Assembly: GCA_016794465.1 (NCBI GenBank)
Contig: JAEUKA010000028.1
Location: forward strand, 1-64,000
Source: Myxococcales bacterium
GTDB taxonomy: Bacteria; Myxococcota_A; Polyangia; Palsa-1104; JAEUJZ01
DNA length: 64,000 nucleotides
Reading direction: 5' to 3'
The notes beneath the pieces are model-generated. The model had not been told where the DNA came from and ran no database searches. It saw nothing but the letters and a program-made list of their open reading frames with translations. The translations under genes and the position numbers were made by a program. Each line of letters begins with the position of its first letter. Position 1 is the first letter of the stretch. This document shows positions 1 to 9,356 of the stretch, in pieces.

Positions 1-1811
1 CGGGTGACCACGGACTCCACTTCCGGAAAGCGCGCGACCACTTCTTCCATCTGGACTCCCAAGCGCTGGGCCTCGGTGATCGAGACAGAAGGGAGTCGCT
101 TTACATCAAACGCAAACTGGCCTTCCTCCAGCCTGGGCACAAACTCTGCGCCCAGCGTAGACGCAGTCCCCGCAGTCCCAAGCATGATCAGCAGCACCAG
201 TCCATAGACGTTCATCGGCTGACGGATAAGCCGCCCGAGCTGGGCTCCGTAGCCACGCTGCAGCTTGCCCCAGATTCTGTCGTGAAGTCCGTGTCCATGC
301 GCCTGGCTCGGAGCCTTCAGGAGAATCGCCGCGAGCGCCGGAAAGATCAGCAGCGTGAAGATCACCGCCCCGAGCAGCGCCAGCGCCACCGTGATCGCCA
401 TCGGCTTGAACATCCGGCCTTCGACTCCCTCCAGCGCCATCAGCGGCAGATACACCAGCATGATGATCGCGACCGCAAACGTGACCGCGCGCGCTGACTG
501 CGACATCGCTTCGGCCACGACCTTGGGAACATCTATCGGACCGACTCCGTGCTGGATCGCAAAGCGCACCATGACCGCTTCCAGCATCACGATCGCACCG
601 TCGACCAGCAGTCCAAAGTCAATCGCCCCCAGCGACATCAGGCTGCCAGTGACCTCCAGCTGCACCATTCCCATCACCGCAATTCCCATCGACAGCGGAA
701 TCGCCAGCGCCGCAATCAAGCTGCCGCGCAGCGTTCCCAAGGTCAGGAACAGGACCAGCACCACCAGCGCCGCGCCTTCCCCCAGGTTGATGAACACGGT
801 CTTGAGCATCCGATTGATGAACTGCGCGCGATCGTAATAGGCGCTGATGCGGACTCCTTCCGGCAGGCTGGATCGGACCTCATCGAGCGCCTTTTTGACG
901 TTGGTGACGACCTCGCGGGAGTTCTGTCCAATCAGCATCATCACCGTGCCCGCAACGATCTCTCCCTTGCCGTGCTTGGTCACCGTACCGAAGCGGAGCG
1001 CCGGCCCGAGCTTGATCTGTGACAGCTGGCGCAGCAGCACCGGAGTTCCGGCTTCATCGGTGGTGATGACGGTGTTGCCGATGTCACGCAGATCTTGATA
1101 CTGCGCTTCGCCGCGAATGACATAGCTCTCGCGGTTCTTTTCGATGTAGCCACCCCCGATGGTGGCGTTGTTGCGGCGGAGCATGTCGTAGACCTGGGTC
1201 AGCGTCACTCTGTAGGCCGCAAGTCGCTTGGGATTCAGCACCACTTGATACTGCTTGGCCTCGCCTCCCATCGCGTTCACTTCAATCACACCGGGCACCG
1301 AGCGGAGCTTGTAGGACACCACCCAATCGAGCAGAGTCCGCAGCTCCATCGGCGACTGTCTTCCGTCGGTGGATTCCAGATAGAACTCGTAGATCTCGCC
1401 CAGTCCCGTTGACACCGGAGCCAGCTCGGGATGTCCGTACTCTTTGGGAATGTCAACCTCTGCAATCTTCATTCGCTCCGACACCAGCTGCCGCGCAAAC
1501 CAGACGTTGACATGATCTTTGAACACCACCGTGACCGCAGAGACAGCGGTGCGACTGACCGAGCGGATCTCGGTGATGTCCGGCAGACCGTTGAGCGCCG
1601 TCTCGATCGGATAGGTGATGTACTGCTCGACTTCCGACGGTGACAGTCCCGGTGCAGAGGTCAAGACCGATACCTGGACGTTGGTGACATCGGGAACCGC
1701 ATCGACCGACAGCCGCTTGACAGCCCCATAGGAAAGGAGTGCGAGCAGGAGGGTCAGGACCAAGACCACCCCTCGCCGCTCTACACTTGCGCGAACCAGT
1801 TTTTCTAACAT
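1..1811 (-). CDS. Heavy-metal-efflux RND permease, CzcA/CusA family (partial; C-terminal part lies beyond window start)
   Basis: Minus-strand ATG at 1811-1809 opens a continuous frame to position 1: MLEKLVRASVERRGVVLVLTLLLALLSYGAVKRLSVDAVPDVTNVQVSVLTSAPGLSPSEVEQYITYPIE..., which matches the conserved CzcA/CusA N-terminus and TM/periplasmic-loop pattern. Not in the ORF track only because no in-window stop exists. All + strand ORFs here are low-complexity antisense. Confidence 0.85.
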   Translation of the reverse strand, partial: MLEKLVRASVERRGVVLVLTLLLALLSYGAVKRLSVDAVPDVTNVQVSVLTSAPGLSPSEVEQYITYPIETALNGLPDITEIRSVSRTAVSAVTVVFKDHVNVWFARQLVSERMKIAEVDIPKEYGHPELAPVSTGLGEIYEFYLESTDGRQSPMELRTLLDWVVSYKLRSVPGVIEVNAMGGEAKQYQVVLNPKRLAAYRVTLTQVYDMLRRNNATIGGGYIEKNRESYVIRGEAQYQDLRDIGNTVITTDEAGTPVLLRQLSQIKLGPALRFGTVTKHGKGEIVAGTVMMLIGQNSREVVTNVKKALDEVRSSLPEGVRISAYYDRAQFINRMLKTVFINLGEGAALVVLVLFLTLGTLRGSLIAALAIPLSMGIAVMGMVQLEVTGSLMSLGAIDFGLLVDGAIVMLEAVMVRFAIQHGVGPIDVPKVVAEAMSQSARAVTFAVAIIMLVYLPLMALEGVEGRMFKPMAITVALALLGAVIFTLLIFPALAAILLKAPSQAHGHGLHDRIWGKLQRGYGAQLGRLIRQPMNVYGLVLLIMLGTAGTASTLGAEFVPRLEEGQFAFDVKRLPSVSITEAQRLGVQMEEVVARFPEVESVVT

Positions 1812-1815
1812 CGTG

Positions 1816-3021
1816 TCACCTCAGCAGCTCGCTCTTGAGTAGGAATCCGCCATCGGTAGCGACGCGCTCACCCGCTGTCAGACCCGAGCGAACTTCGATC
1901 TGCGCGCCGCCAGAGATTCCCAGCTCGACGCTCCGCTTGCTAAACGTACCGTCTGCTTCCGCGACAAAGACCAGCGGCTTTCCTTCCACGGTCTGCACCG
2001 CTTTCCGAGGCACTGCCAGCACCTCTGTCTTGGCCCGGGCCGGATCTCCCAGCAGGGTCGCGGTCACAAACTGACCGGGGCGAAACAGTCCTTCGGCATT
2101 CTGAAACTCGATCCGGACCTGCGCCGTGCGGGTCTTTTCATCGATCACTTGACCGACATACGCAACGCGAGCGGGGAAGGTCTTGCCGGGATAGACCTCG
2201 GTCCGCAGCATCACTTTCTGTTCCTTGTTTACAAACGAGAGATCTTTCTCGAACAGCTCCAGCTCGACCCACAGCCAGGACAGATTCGCGACCTGAAAGG
2301 CATCGCTGGCCGCCTGCACCGCTTGACCCAGCGACACTTTGCGCGTCAGCACCACCCCGGCAATCGGACTCACCAAAGGAACCCGGCCCGGCCAGCCACC
2401 ACTGCGCTCCAGCGCCTTGATGTCCTCGGGCCGCAGACCCAGCGCACGCAGTCTTTGGGTGGCCGCAGCGAGTCCGGCGTCTTCAATCGCAGCTTGGGCT
2501 TCTGCCAGCTCTCTTTCACGAACGGAGGACACCCGCCGCTCTGCCAGCTCTCGCTCGCGACGCAGGTTGGCTTGTGCAGCCAGCGTCCCCGCGCGCGCCG
2601 TTAAGTAGGCCGCTTGGGCTTGACCGACCTCGGAGCTCTCGAGTGCAGCCAGGACCTGACCGGCCTTTACCGTGTCGCCGGTTCCTACTTCCAAAGAGAC
2701 AATCCGTCCGGCAATCAGCGGTCCCACATCGGCAAAGTGATCGGCGTCATAGCTGACCGAGCCCACCACTTCGATATCGCGCGCCAAGCGCAGCCGCGTC
2801 GCCACCGCCGTCTCGATGGGATTCTTTTTGCTCGCAAGTGGCGGCAACCGCAGGCGCTCTCCGCTCTCTTGTACGGAAGGAACAGGCGGCGGCACTACCG
2901 GTGGTGAGGGCTCGCGCTGTCTCCCCAAGTAGAAGCCGAGCAGAATGCCAACCACCGTCGGTGCTGCATAACGGAGTGTCCGAACAACTCGAGTACGAAA
3001 GCCTACGTCCGAAACCATCAT
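1816..3021 (-). CDS. RND efflux membrane fusion protein (periplasmic adaptor, CzcB/HlyD family)
   Basis: 401-aa ORF with N-terminal TM anchor, central coiled coil (LAAQANLRRERELAERR...) and C-terminal beta-barrel/MP domains (VLAVPRKAVQTVEGKPLVFV...). 4-bp overlap with upstream OMF gene; permease start 5 bp downstream. Confidence 0.85.
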   Translation of the reverse strand: MMVSDVGFRTRVVRTLRYAAPTVVGILLGFYLGRQREPSPPVVPPPVPSVQESGERLRLPPLASKKNPIETAVATRLRLARDIEVVGSVSYDADHFADVGPLIAGRIVSLEVGTGDTVKAGQVLAALESSEVGQAQAAYLTARAGTLAAQANLRRERELAERRVSSVRERELAEAQAAIEDAGLAAATQRLRALGLRPEDIKALERSGGWPGRVPLVSPIAGVVLTRKVSLGQAVQAASDAFQVANLSWLWVELELFEKDLSFVNKEQKVMLRTEVYPGKTFPARVAYVGQVIDEKTRTAQVRIEFQNAEGLFRPGQFVTATLLGDPARAKTEVLAVPRKAVQTVEGKPLVFVAEADGTFSKRSVELGISGGAQIEVRSGLTAGERVATDGGFLLKSELLR

Positions 3022-4310
3022 GAAGGGACTCCTTGCAGTAGCGGAGCGCCAACTGCACGCTCCAGCTCAATCGCTGCGACCCACAGATCTTCCAGCAGAT
3101 CGAGCAATCGCAGGCGCGTCTCGGTCAGCTCGCGCGAAGCGGTGATGACGCGAAACAGATCAAACTTTCCGGCTTGCCAGCCTCGGCGCAGCAGCTCCAT
3201 GTTGCGCTCGGCGGGGGGCAGTACGTTCTGCTGAAACTCCTGCACTTGCACCCGCAGCAGCTGAAGCTTACGGCTTGCCAGTGCGACTTCCCCGCGAATC
3301 CGCGTGCGCAGCAGACGCTCCTCTGCTTGTCGCTGCTGTTCGGTGGCATGCACCTGCGCCAGCGGCCCCTGATTGCGATTCCACATCGGCAAGGTCAGCC
3401 CCACAGTGCCTCCCAAGAAGGTCTGTCCGGGCAGATCGCGCTGATAATCAAACGCCAAAATCAGGGAAGGAACGGCTTCCCGGCGGAGGCGCGCTTCCTC
3501 GCTCTTGAGCGCCACTTCCTGACGACGAATGGCCTGCAGATCGGCACGCTCTGTCTCTGCCAAGAGATACAGATCATCCAGCGGCGCGACCTCCAGAACA
3601 GGAGGCAGCGCATGACTGGTAGACAACAAAAGCGGAGTACTTGCGGGCAGTCCACACAGAATCCCGAGCCCCGTCTGGCGACTGCTCATCAGGACCTCGG
3701 CTTGCACGCGCTCGCCCCGGACCCGACCCAGCTCAATCTGCGCCAGGTTGACCTCCAGCTCTCCGGTTGCACCCAGCTCCAGTCGGGTGCGCGCAGAGCC
3801 CAGGAGTCTGTCGGCTGTCTCCTCTCGACCCCGGGCCACCGCGACCCGCTGCTCGGCAAAGGAGGCCTGCACATACGCGGACAGCAGCAGCGCCCGCGAC
3901 TCGACCTGGGCCAGCTCGGTCTGGGCTTTGGCCACTTCCACCTGCGAGGCCACCGCCGCCAGTCGAGTCCAGCGCTGCCCGGCAATCTCTAGCGCTTGCT
4001 CGATGTGAACTTGGTACTGCACCCCAGCGGCCACCGGATCGCTGGTGGTTTCCTTTCGACTCCCGAGCAGCACGGTGGCGTAGGGATTCTGGGACAGCCA
4101 CAGCGCAGCGCCTTCCTTTTTGGACTCCACCACCTTCTGTTCGGTCCGCGCCCGTACCAGCTGCGGAATGTTGATCTGGCCAAGCTGCAGCGCTTCCCCA
4201 ATCGATAGCTCCCGGCGCGGCACGTCTGCTTGTGCTTGCGCAGTCGACAGACCGCCCAGCGCAGCAGCAACGGTCAGCAGACCATATATTAGTCGTTTTG
4301 TATGCTTCAT
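3018..4310 (-). CDS. Outer membrane efflux factor (TolC/CzcC family)
   Basis: Signal peptide MKHTKRLIYGLLTVAAALGGLSTAQA and two helical/coiled-coil halves typical of OMF proteins. Start placed at the internal Met (4310) preceded by GGGAG rather than track start 4343. Confidence 0.8.
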   Translation of the reverse strand: MKHTKRLIYGLLTVAAALGGLSTAQAQADVPRRELSIGEALQLGQINIPQLVRARTEQKVVESKKEGAALWLSQNPYATVLLGSRKETTSDPVAAGVQYQVHIEQALEIAGQRWTRLAAVASQVEVAKAQTELAQVESRALLLSAYVQASFAEQRVAVARGREETADRLLGSARTRLELGATGELEVNLAQIELGRVRGERVQAEVLMSSRQTGLGILCGLPASTPLLLSTSHALPPVLEVAPLDDLYLLAETERADLQAIRRQEVALKSEEARLRREAVPSLILAFDYQRDLPGQTFLGGTVGLTLPMWNRNQGPLAQVHATEQQRQAEERLLRTRIRGEVALASRKLQLLRVQVQEFQQNVLPPAERNMELLRRGWQAGKFDLFRVITASRELTETRLRLLDLLEDLWVAAIELERAVGAPLLQGVPS

Positions 4311-4473
4311 ATGTGACTCCCAAAACAACAGCAAGCTCACCATCAGCTCTCGGACGCGACGACTGGCGCCCCAGCAGGCTGGCGAACGAAGCTTCCTCGC
4401 AGAGAGGGTCTAGCGAGTGGTATGCTGAATAACTACACCGACAATCAACCTGAAGCAAAAATATCGTGCCACT

Positions 4474-5091
4474 ATGCTCGCCATGACCGCGCTATCGCAT
4501 CTGTTTGACCGCAATCGTGAATGGGCCGCCCGGCGAGTGGCCAGTGATCACGACTTCTTCCTGAGACTCGCTGCGCAGCAGGCCCCAAACTATCTGTGGA
4601 TTGGCTGTTCCGACAGTCGCGTCCCTGCCAATGAGATCGTGGGCCTCGATCCCGGCGAGCTGTTTGTGCATCGGAACGTCGCCAACGTGGTGGTGCATAC
4701 CGACCTCAACTGTCTGTCGGTGCTCCAGTTTGCGGTCGAGGTCCTTTCAGTGCAGCACGTGATTGTCTGTGGTCACTACGGCTGTGGCGGAGTGCGGGCC
4801 GCGCTCGATCGAGACTCCCATGGACTGATCGACAACTGGCTGCGTCACGTGGAGGATGTGCAGCGCGCGCATCAGTCCGAGCTGGCGCAGCTTCCTACCG
4901 TCCAGGCACGCGTCGATCGGCTGTGTGAGCTGAACGTGATCGAGCAGGTCAGCAACATCGCGCGAACCACCATTGTGCAAGATGCCTGGCGTCGCGGTCA
5001 CGCTCTGACGCTGCACGGCTGGATCTACGGACTTACGGACGGACTCCTACACGACCTGGGAGTCTCGCAGTCTTCCCCAAATGGCAATTAA
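4474..5091 (+). CDS. Beta-class carbonic anhydrase
   Basis: LWIGCSDSRVP and HxxCGG (VCGHYGCGG) zinc-binding motifs of beta-CA; 205 aa; divergent from the czc operon. Confidence 0.9.
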   Translation: MLAMTALSHLFDRNREWAARRVASDHDFFLRLAAQQAPNYLWIGCSDSRVPANEIVGLDPGELFVHRNVANVVVHTDLNCLSVLQFAVEVLSVQHVIVCGHYGCGGVRAALDRDSHGLIDNWLRHVEDVQRAHQSELAQLPTVQARVDRLCELNVIEQVSNIARTTIVQDAWRRGHALTLHGWIYGLTDGLLHDLGVSQSSPNGN

Positions 5092-5215
5092 GAGCGCCTA
5101 TCAAAACCGTAGCGAGGAACCCCAGCTGCAAGGAGGAAGGAGTGAGCGGCCTTGGGGCCGCGACCGACGACCGACGCAGCAGATGGGGTCCGCAGTAGGT
5201 TTTGATAGGCGCTCT
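5091..5215. terminator. Large inverted-repeat element / bidirectional terminator candidate between convergent genes
   Basis: Perfect 18-bp arms agagcgcctatcaaaacc (5091-5108) and ggttttgataggcgctct (5198-5215) flank an 89-nt GC-rich spacer that itself contains a cggcc-ttgg-ggccg hairpin. Left arm starts at the last base of the CA stop codon; right arm overlaps the stop of the convergent gene. Confidence 0.45.
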
Positions 5216-7073
5216 AACGGATCTCTGCATTTTGGCCAGAGATCAGCTTTACAAGGTCTGCGCCGAGGAGTATCCGTATCCGGTTTGCGCTCCACATGGG
5301 CTCGGAAGGCAGGTTATCTGTAACGATATAACCTGCTCCGATTTTAAATCCACCTAAGCCGATATTTAGCTGCGCTGAAAAGTTGTAAAAGTCCTTGTCC
5401 GCGAGCTGGCCGGGCTGACTTGGGTCGGCGGCAGGGAGCCGATCTTTGATAAATACTCCACCCAGGGCAATCCGAAGATCTGCAAATCGACTGCGTCCCC
5501 ACTGGTAGCGATATCCCAACAAATCGATGGCAGGGACAAGGTTTTCGACGCCCAGACTGGTGCCGGGGTTGTCGCCCCAGCGCAGCGATATCATGTTCCA
5601 CGGCGCCATAAAAAAGAACTGGTGAGGATCTCCGTACTCCATTCGCAGTATTTTCTCGCCAGACAGATATTTGGGATTTCTGCCCCGCGCTTCAAATATA
5701 CTGCTTTGGTCTTCAAGAGAGTCCGCAAATTTGGCAAAGAGTCGCGCTTGTTCCGCCGGATCTGAGACAATACGAACCGCATCTTTGCGAATCGTCTCTG
5801 CCAGCTGTCGAATCTGCGGCAGCATGTTGGCGACGCCAGTATAAACACTGACTAGATTTTCTACTTCCAGAATCAGCTGTACCTTCTTTTCCGAAGCAAT
5901 GGTTGATGCGTTGATTTTGTTAATGATTTCCATTTTTAGACTATATATATAATCTTTGATCTGGCTCTGGCTGAGCTTTGACAGCTGAGCCGCTGAGTCT
6001 TTGATCAGCGTATTCAGATCATCAATGCTCTTAATTTTTCCTGTTTTCAGCTGAGAAAATAGCTCATTTACTGGAAAGTGTTTGTCTTTTTCTGAATATA
6101 GATTCTTCAGCGCAGTTGTATCTACGCAAACATTGCTTGCTTCTTTACTAAGCTTGGTATCAGAATATTGAATGTCTCCAGACAGCGCGGAAGCAACCTC
6201 GACCAGTGCTTTGGTGTGTTCGATAATACAAACCATGTTTTTGTGAATTGCGTTGATTTGCTCCATTTGCTTATTTTCCGCAATGAGCGTCGTGATCGTT
6301 GCGGTTTTCAGCCTTGATAGCTCTGACTGCCAGCGGGAAGAATGCGCAGTGACGCGCTCAGCCAGCACAGACTCATCCACCTCTACACCACGAGGGATAA
6401 TCCTTAGATCGAAATCGGAGCGATGCGGCAATCGGGCAGCCGTTAGGCCATTCCCAGGGATTACCAGATCAGCGCCTCGCTCATCACTGGCGGGACCGTT
6501 CCAGACATAGGCCAAGGTTCCATTTCGATAGACTCTGATCAATTGAATATAATCACCAATTTGATGCCGCTTAGATGCGGGTCCAGCGGTGGGCGGTTCT
6601 TTTGTAGATATATGGATATCAAACGGATAATAATTATGAAATACATTGTTCCATTCGCAGGCATATTTGAATTTTTCACTATCAAATCCACTGCTATCAG
6701 GAGGATTGTCTTTGACAAATTTTTCGCGAGTATCACATATCGTTTTAACCGATGATTCACTCTGAGTTTCGGTGCAATCGATGACGTTTTGTCTACAAAA
6801 ATATCCAAATCTTGTGTGGGTAGAATCAGCTACGATAAAGAGAAGTATCGTCTGAGGAATTGAAATTGGAAGCCCAGGTTTTTTAATACATACAGGCTCG
6901 CTCTTTACGCTCGGAGTGAGATTGCTGGTTCCAGCGGTATAGCTCAAATCAAGAAACAGCTCACAGTCTTGCTCAGCTTTTGCAGCGCCGGCAGCCATCG
7001 CTTGATCAGGAATCATGAAGCTGCCAAGTAACGAAAGCAGCACACCAGCAATCATCATTTGCGTACGGGTCAC
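5214..7073 (-). CDS. Hypothetical secreted protein with GC-depleted central region
   Basis: 619-aa ORF with N-terminal signal peptide (MTRTQMMIAGVLLSLLGSFMIPDQAMA). Central ~1 kb (about 5880-6860) is 30-48% GC versus ~62% background and encodes a K/N/I/S-rich helical segment. C-terminus is beta-strand-rich (FSAQLNIGLGGFKIGAGYIV). No family recognised. Confidence 0.6.
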   Translation of the reverse strand: MTRTQMMIAGVLLSLLGSFMIPDQAMAAGAAKAEQDCELFLDLSYTAGTSNLTPSVKSEPVCIKKPGLPISIPQTILLFIVADSTHTRFGYFCRQNVIDCTETQSESSVKTICDTREKFVKDNPPDSSGFDSEKFKYACEWNNVFHNYYPFDIHISTKEPPTAGPASKRHQIGDYIQLIRVYRNGTLAYVWNGPASDERGADLVIPGNGLTAARLPHRSDFDLRIIPRGVEVDESVLAERVTAHSSRWQSELSRLKTATITTLIAENKQMEQINAIHKNMVCIIEHTKALVEVASALSGDIQYSDTKLSKEASNVCVDTTALKNLYSEKDKHFPVNELFSQLKTGKIKSIDDLNTLIKDSAAQLSKLSQSQIKDYIYSLKMEIINKINASTIASEKKVQLILEVENLVSVYTGVANMLPQIRQLAETIRKDAVRIVSDPAEQARLFAKFADSLEDQSSIFEARGRNPKYLSGEKILRMEYGDPHQFFFMAPWNMISLRWGDNPGTSLGVENLVPAIDLLGYRYQWGRSRFADLRIALGGVFIKDRLPAADPSQPGQLADKDFYNFSAQLNIGLGGFKIGAGYIVTDNLPSEPMWSANRIRILLGADLVKLISGQNAEIR

Positions 7074-7090
7074 GAGTATACCTCGATAAT

Positions 7091-7241
7091 ATGGTTATCG
7101 TCCTTTCAGTTGGTCACATCTCGGCTGTCACGGCGCGGGTCCCCCTTCCCGCCGATAAAAAAGTCTCTGGTCGGCCCACGCCTGCTTATCTCGTCGAGAA
7201 ACTCCCTTGTGACCAGCTGATGGTTATCGTCTGTTCAGTCC
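7091..7241. repeat. Two copies of a 21-bp direct repeat (19/21 identical), 130 bp apart, upstream of the GC-depleted gene
   Basis: atggttatcgtcctttcagtt (7091-7111) and atggttatcgtctgttcagtc (7221-7241) in the 300-bp intergenic region between 5214..7073 (start) and 7374..8450 (stop). Confidence 0.4.
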
Positions 7242-7373
7242 GTGTTGAGCCAGTCCATCAGAAAGCCTGGCATTGCGTCAGGTTTTCAGCCCACGGCGCG
7301 GCTCTTCAGCGGCAGACGAAGCGGAGCATATCAGCGATCGACGCCGCTGGGGCAAGTCGAACCCGGCTGATTG

Positions 7374-8450
7374 CTATCGCCCTTTTTTCTGCTGATCCAT
7401 GCAGTGGCGCAGCGCCTCTTGCAGGCTGCGCAGCGTGACAATGCTGTGCAGATCGACGCCGAGCTGCACGACAATCTGGGCGACGACCGGATGGATGCCG
7501 GTGACGATGCCGGTTGCCCCGAGCAGGCGCAGCGACGACAGCAGCCTGATGAGCTGCGCGGCGTTGTTGGTGTCGAGGTTGTCGACGCCGGTCAGGTCGA
7601 GAATGACAAACTGCACGCGCCGCTCGCTGACTGCGCTGAGCAAGCGCTCCGTGACCTCTGAGATGCGCAGGCTGTCGAGGCTGCCAACCATCGGGATGGC
7701 CAGCACGCCCAGCCAGACATCAAGCAGCGGCGCCGAGAGCGCGACGATCTGGCTGTGCTGCCGTTGAATGGTCGCCAGCTGCTCGTTCATTTCCCCGAGG
7801 AGCTGGTTGCGCTGGGTAGCCTGCTGCTGCGCCTCGGCAAGGCTCACGGCACGCTCGGCCGCGAGCTGGCGCAGATTTTCTTCAAGCTTTCGTCGCTCGC
7901 TGATGTCATGCACCAGCGAGAGCACGCCAACCACCTGCCCGTCGTCCCGGCGCAGCGGCGTGTTGTGCCACTCACAGACGATGAGGTGTCCGTCGTGGTG
8001 CAGGTTGTCGTTGACGCTGTGCGTGCCGCCCGCAGCGCGCATCAGACTGCGGAAAATGTCGTCGACCAGTGGCCGAACCTCGGGCGCAAGGATGAAGCTG
8101 GCGTGCTGGTTGAGCGCTTGCTCGTGGGACCAGCCAAAGATGCGGCTGGCTGCTTGGTTCCACTCGGCGACGCGAAAGTTGCCATCCCAGATGATGACGC
8201 CAATCGGTGTGTCGTCGAGAACACGGACCGGCAGGCTGTGCAAGAGTCCAGACTGAAGCAGCGTGGCGCGTTCCTCGGTGAGCTGGGCACTCACCCCTAC
8301 CCCTGGTTCAGACTCGATGATCGCAGACATACAGACACAATGATACGTGTCGCGCCAGCCCAGCGAAAGAGCGTCTTTATCAAACAATATAACTACATCA
8401 GCCCAGCTTGGGCACTTCCCACGCACTTCCCTGGTAAGCAGAAATGGCAC
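7374..8450 (-). CDS. PAS-domain / STAS-domain (anti-sigma-factor-antagonist-like) signalling protein
   Basis: Central PAS-like segment (FRVAEWNQAASRIFGWSHEQALNQHASFILAPEV...HDISERRKLEE) and C-terminal STAS/SpoIIAA-like segment (VQFVILDLTGVDNLDTNNAAQLIRLLSSLRLLGATGIVTGIHPVVAQ). Alternative start at internal Met near 8333. Confidence 0.75.
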   Translation of the reverse strand: MPFLLTREVRGKCPSWADVVILFDKDALSLGWRDTYHCVCMSAIIESEPGVGVSAQLTEERATLLQSGLLHSLPVRVLDDTPIGVIIWDGNFRVAEWNQAASRIFGWSHEQALNQHASFILAPEVRPLVDDIFRSLMRAAGGTHSVNDNLHHDGHLIVCEWHNTPLRRDDGQVVGVLSLVHDISERRKLEENLRQLAAERAVSLAEAQQQATQRNQLLGEMNEQLATIQRQHSQIVALSAPLLDVWLGVLAIPMVGSLDSLRISEVTERLLSAVSERRVQFVILDLTGVDNLDTNNAAQLIRLLSSLRLLGATGIVTGIHPVVAQIVVQLGVDLHSIVTLRSLQEALRHCMDQQKKGR

Positions 8451-8630
8451 AATGTCTCGACGGTGAACCAGGCGATTATCTGACAGCTTATCTGGCAGCT
8501 TCCATAGTATTTGTAGGATTGCTTGATTTGGATGGGCGACGCAATGGCTGCCAAAAACGCTAGTGCTGTCAGCGATTCAGCGCGTGTCGTTTCTGGGCGC
8601 ACCACCGCGAGAACCACGAGAGGATGGCGA

Positions 8631-9353
8631 TCAGGGCGCGTGGCGGACGGGACGGAGCTGCACCTCGGGCGCTTTGCAGGCGTCGCGCACGAAGCTGGTG
8701 CAGGGCATCGGGGACAAGTCTTTGTGGAGGCAGATGCGAACCTCGCGCAGATAGGTGCCGGAGCACTGGGCGGTGAGGCTGCTCGGGGTGAGGCGCGGAT
8801 TGGCGGCCAGGAAGCTCTGCTTTAGCTCGGCGAGCGAGGTCACCACCGGCGCGGTCGGCTGACGGTACGGCTCGGGAATGACCAGGCCCGCAAACGCTGT
8901 CTCGACCTGCGCGAAGTACTGCTCGGCGGACAGGCCGCTGCAGGTGCCATGCTTCTGCCACTCGTGCTCGATGAGCTTCTGACTGGGCATCATCTGCAGC
9001 GCTTTTTCGACGGTCGGCTGGGCGAGCGAAAAGCCGGTCTGACACGACTCGGGGTAGCCCTTTTCGTACTGCGGCCACAGCCCGTGGACGACAAAGCCAA
9101 AGCGACGGCCCTCGCCACACTGCTGATCGGACGGGGGAAACTTGCGGCTGTTACAAAACTGCGGCGACCACGACAGGCTCAGCACGTAGTAGTCAAACGA
9201 GCCGCTCGGCCCCGGACCCAGCGACGGAGCATCGTCTGGCTCTTGCTGCTGCGGCGGACTGCTCGACGGGGTGGACTTGGGACAGCCAAGCAGCGGCAGC
9301 GCCAACAAGGCCGCGCAGATCGTCAGGCGCGAAAACCAGTGGGAAAGAATCAT
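8631..9353 (-). CDS. Secreted ribonuclease T2 family lipoprotein
   Basis: Lipoprotein signal (ALLALPLLGC). Both RNase T2 catalytic CAS motifs are present: FVVHGLWPQ (CAS I) and HEWQKHGTC (CAS II). Start 3 nt after the stop of the upstream LON-N gene. Confidence 0.85.
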   Translation of the reverse strand: MILSHWFSRLTICAALLALPLLGCPKSTPSSSPPQQQEPDDAPSLGPGPSGSFDYYVLSLSWSPQFCNSRKFPPSDQQCGEGRRFGFVVHGLWPQYEKGYPESCQTGFSLAQPTVEKALQMMPSQKLIEHEWQKHGTCSGLSAEQYFAQVETAFAGLVIPEPYRQPTAPVVTSLAELKQSFLAANPRLTPSSLTAQCSGTYLREVRICLHKDLSPMPCTSFVRDACKAPEVQLRPVRHAP

Positions 9354-9356
9354 GGG

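Noticed and set aside
3174-4458. Multiple 100-270-aa ORFs on both strands inside the czcC region (3174..3992 +, 3733..4458 -, 3767..4174 +)
   Set aside because: All overlap the TolC-like gene, which has a clear signal peptide and coiled-coil architecture. Compositions are R/P/A/G low-complexity.
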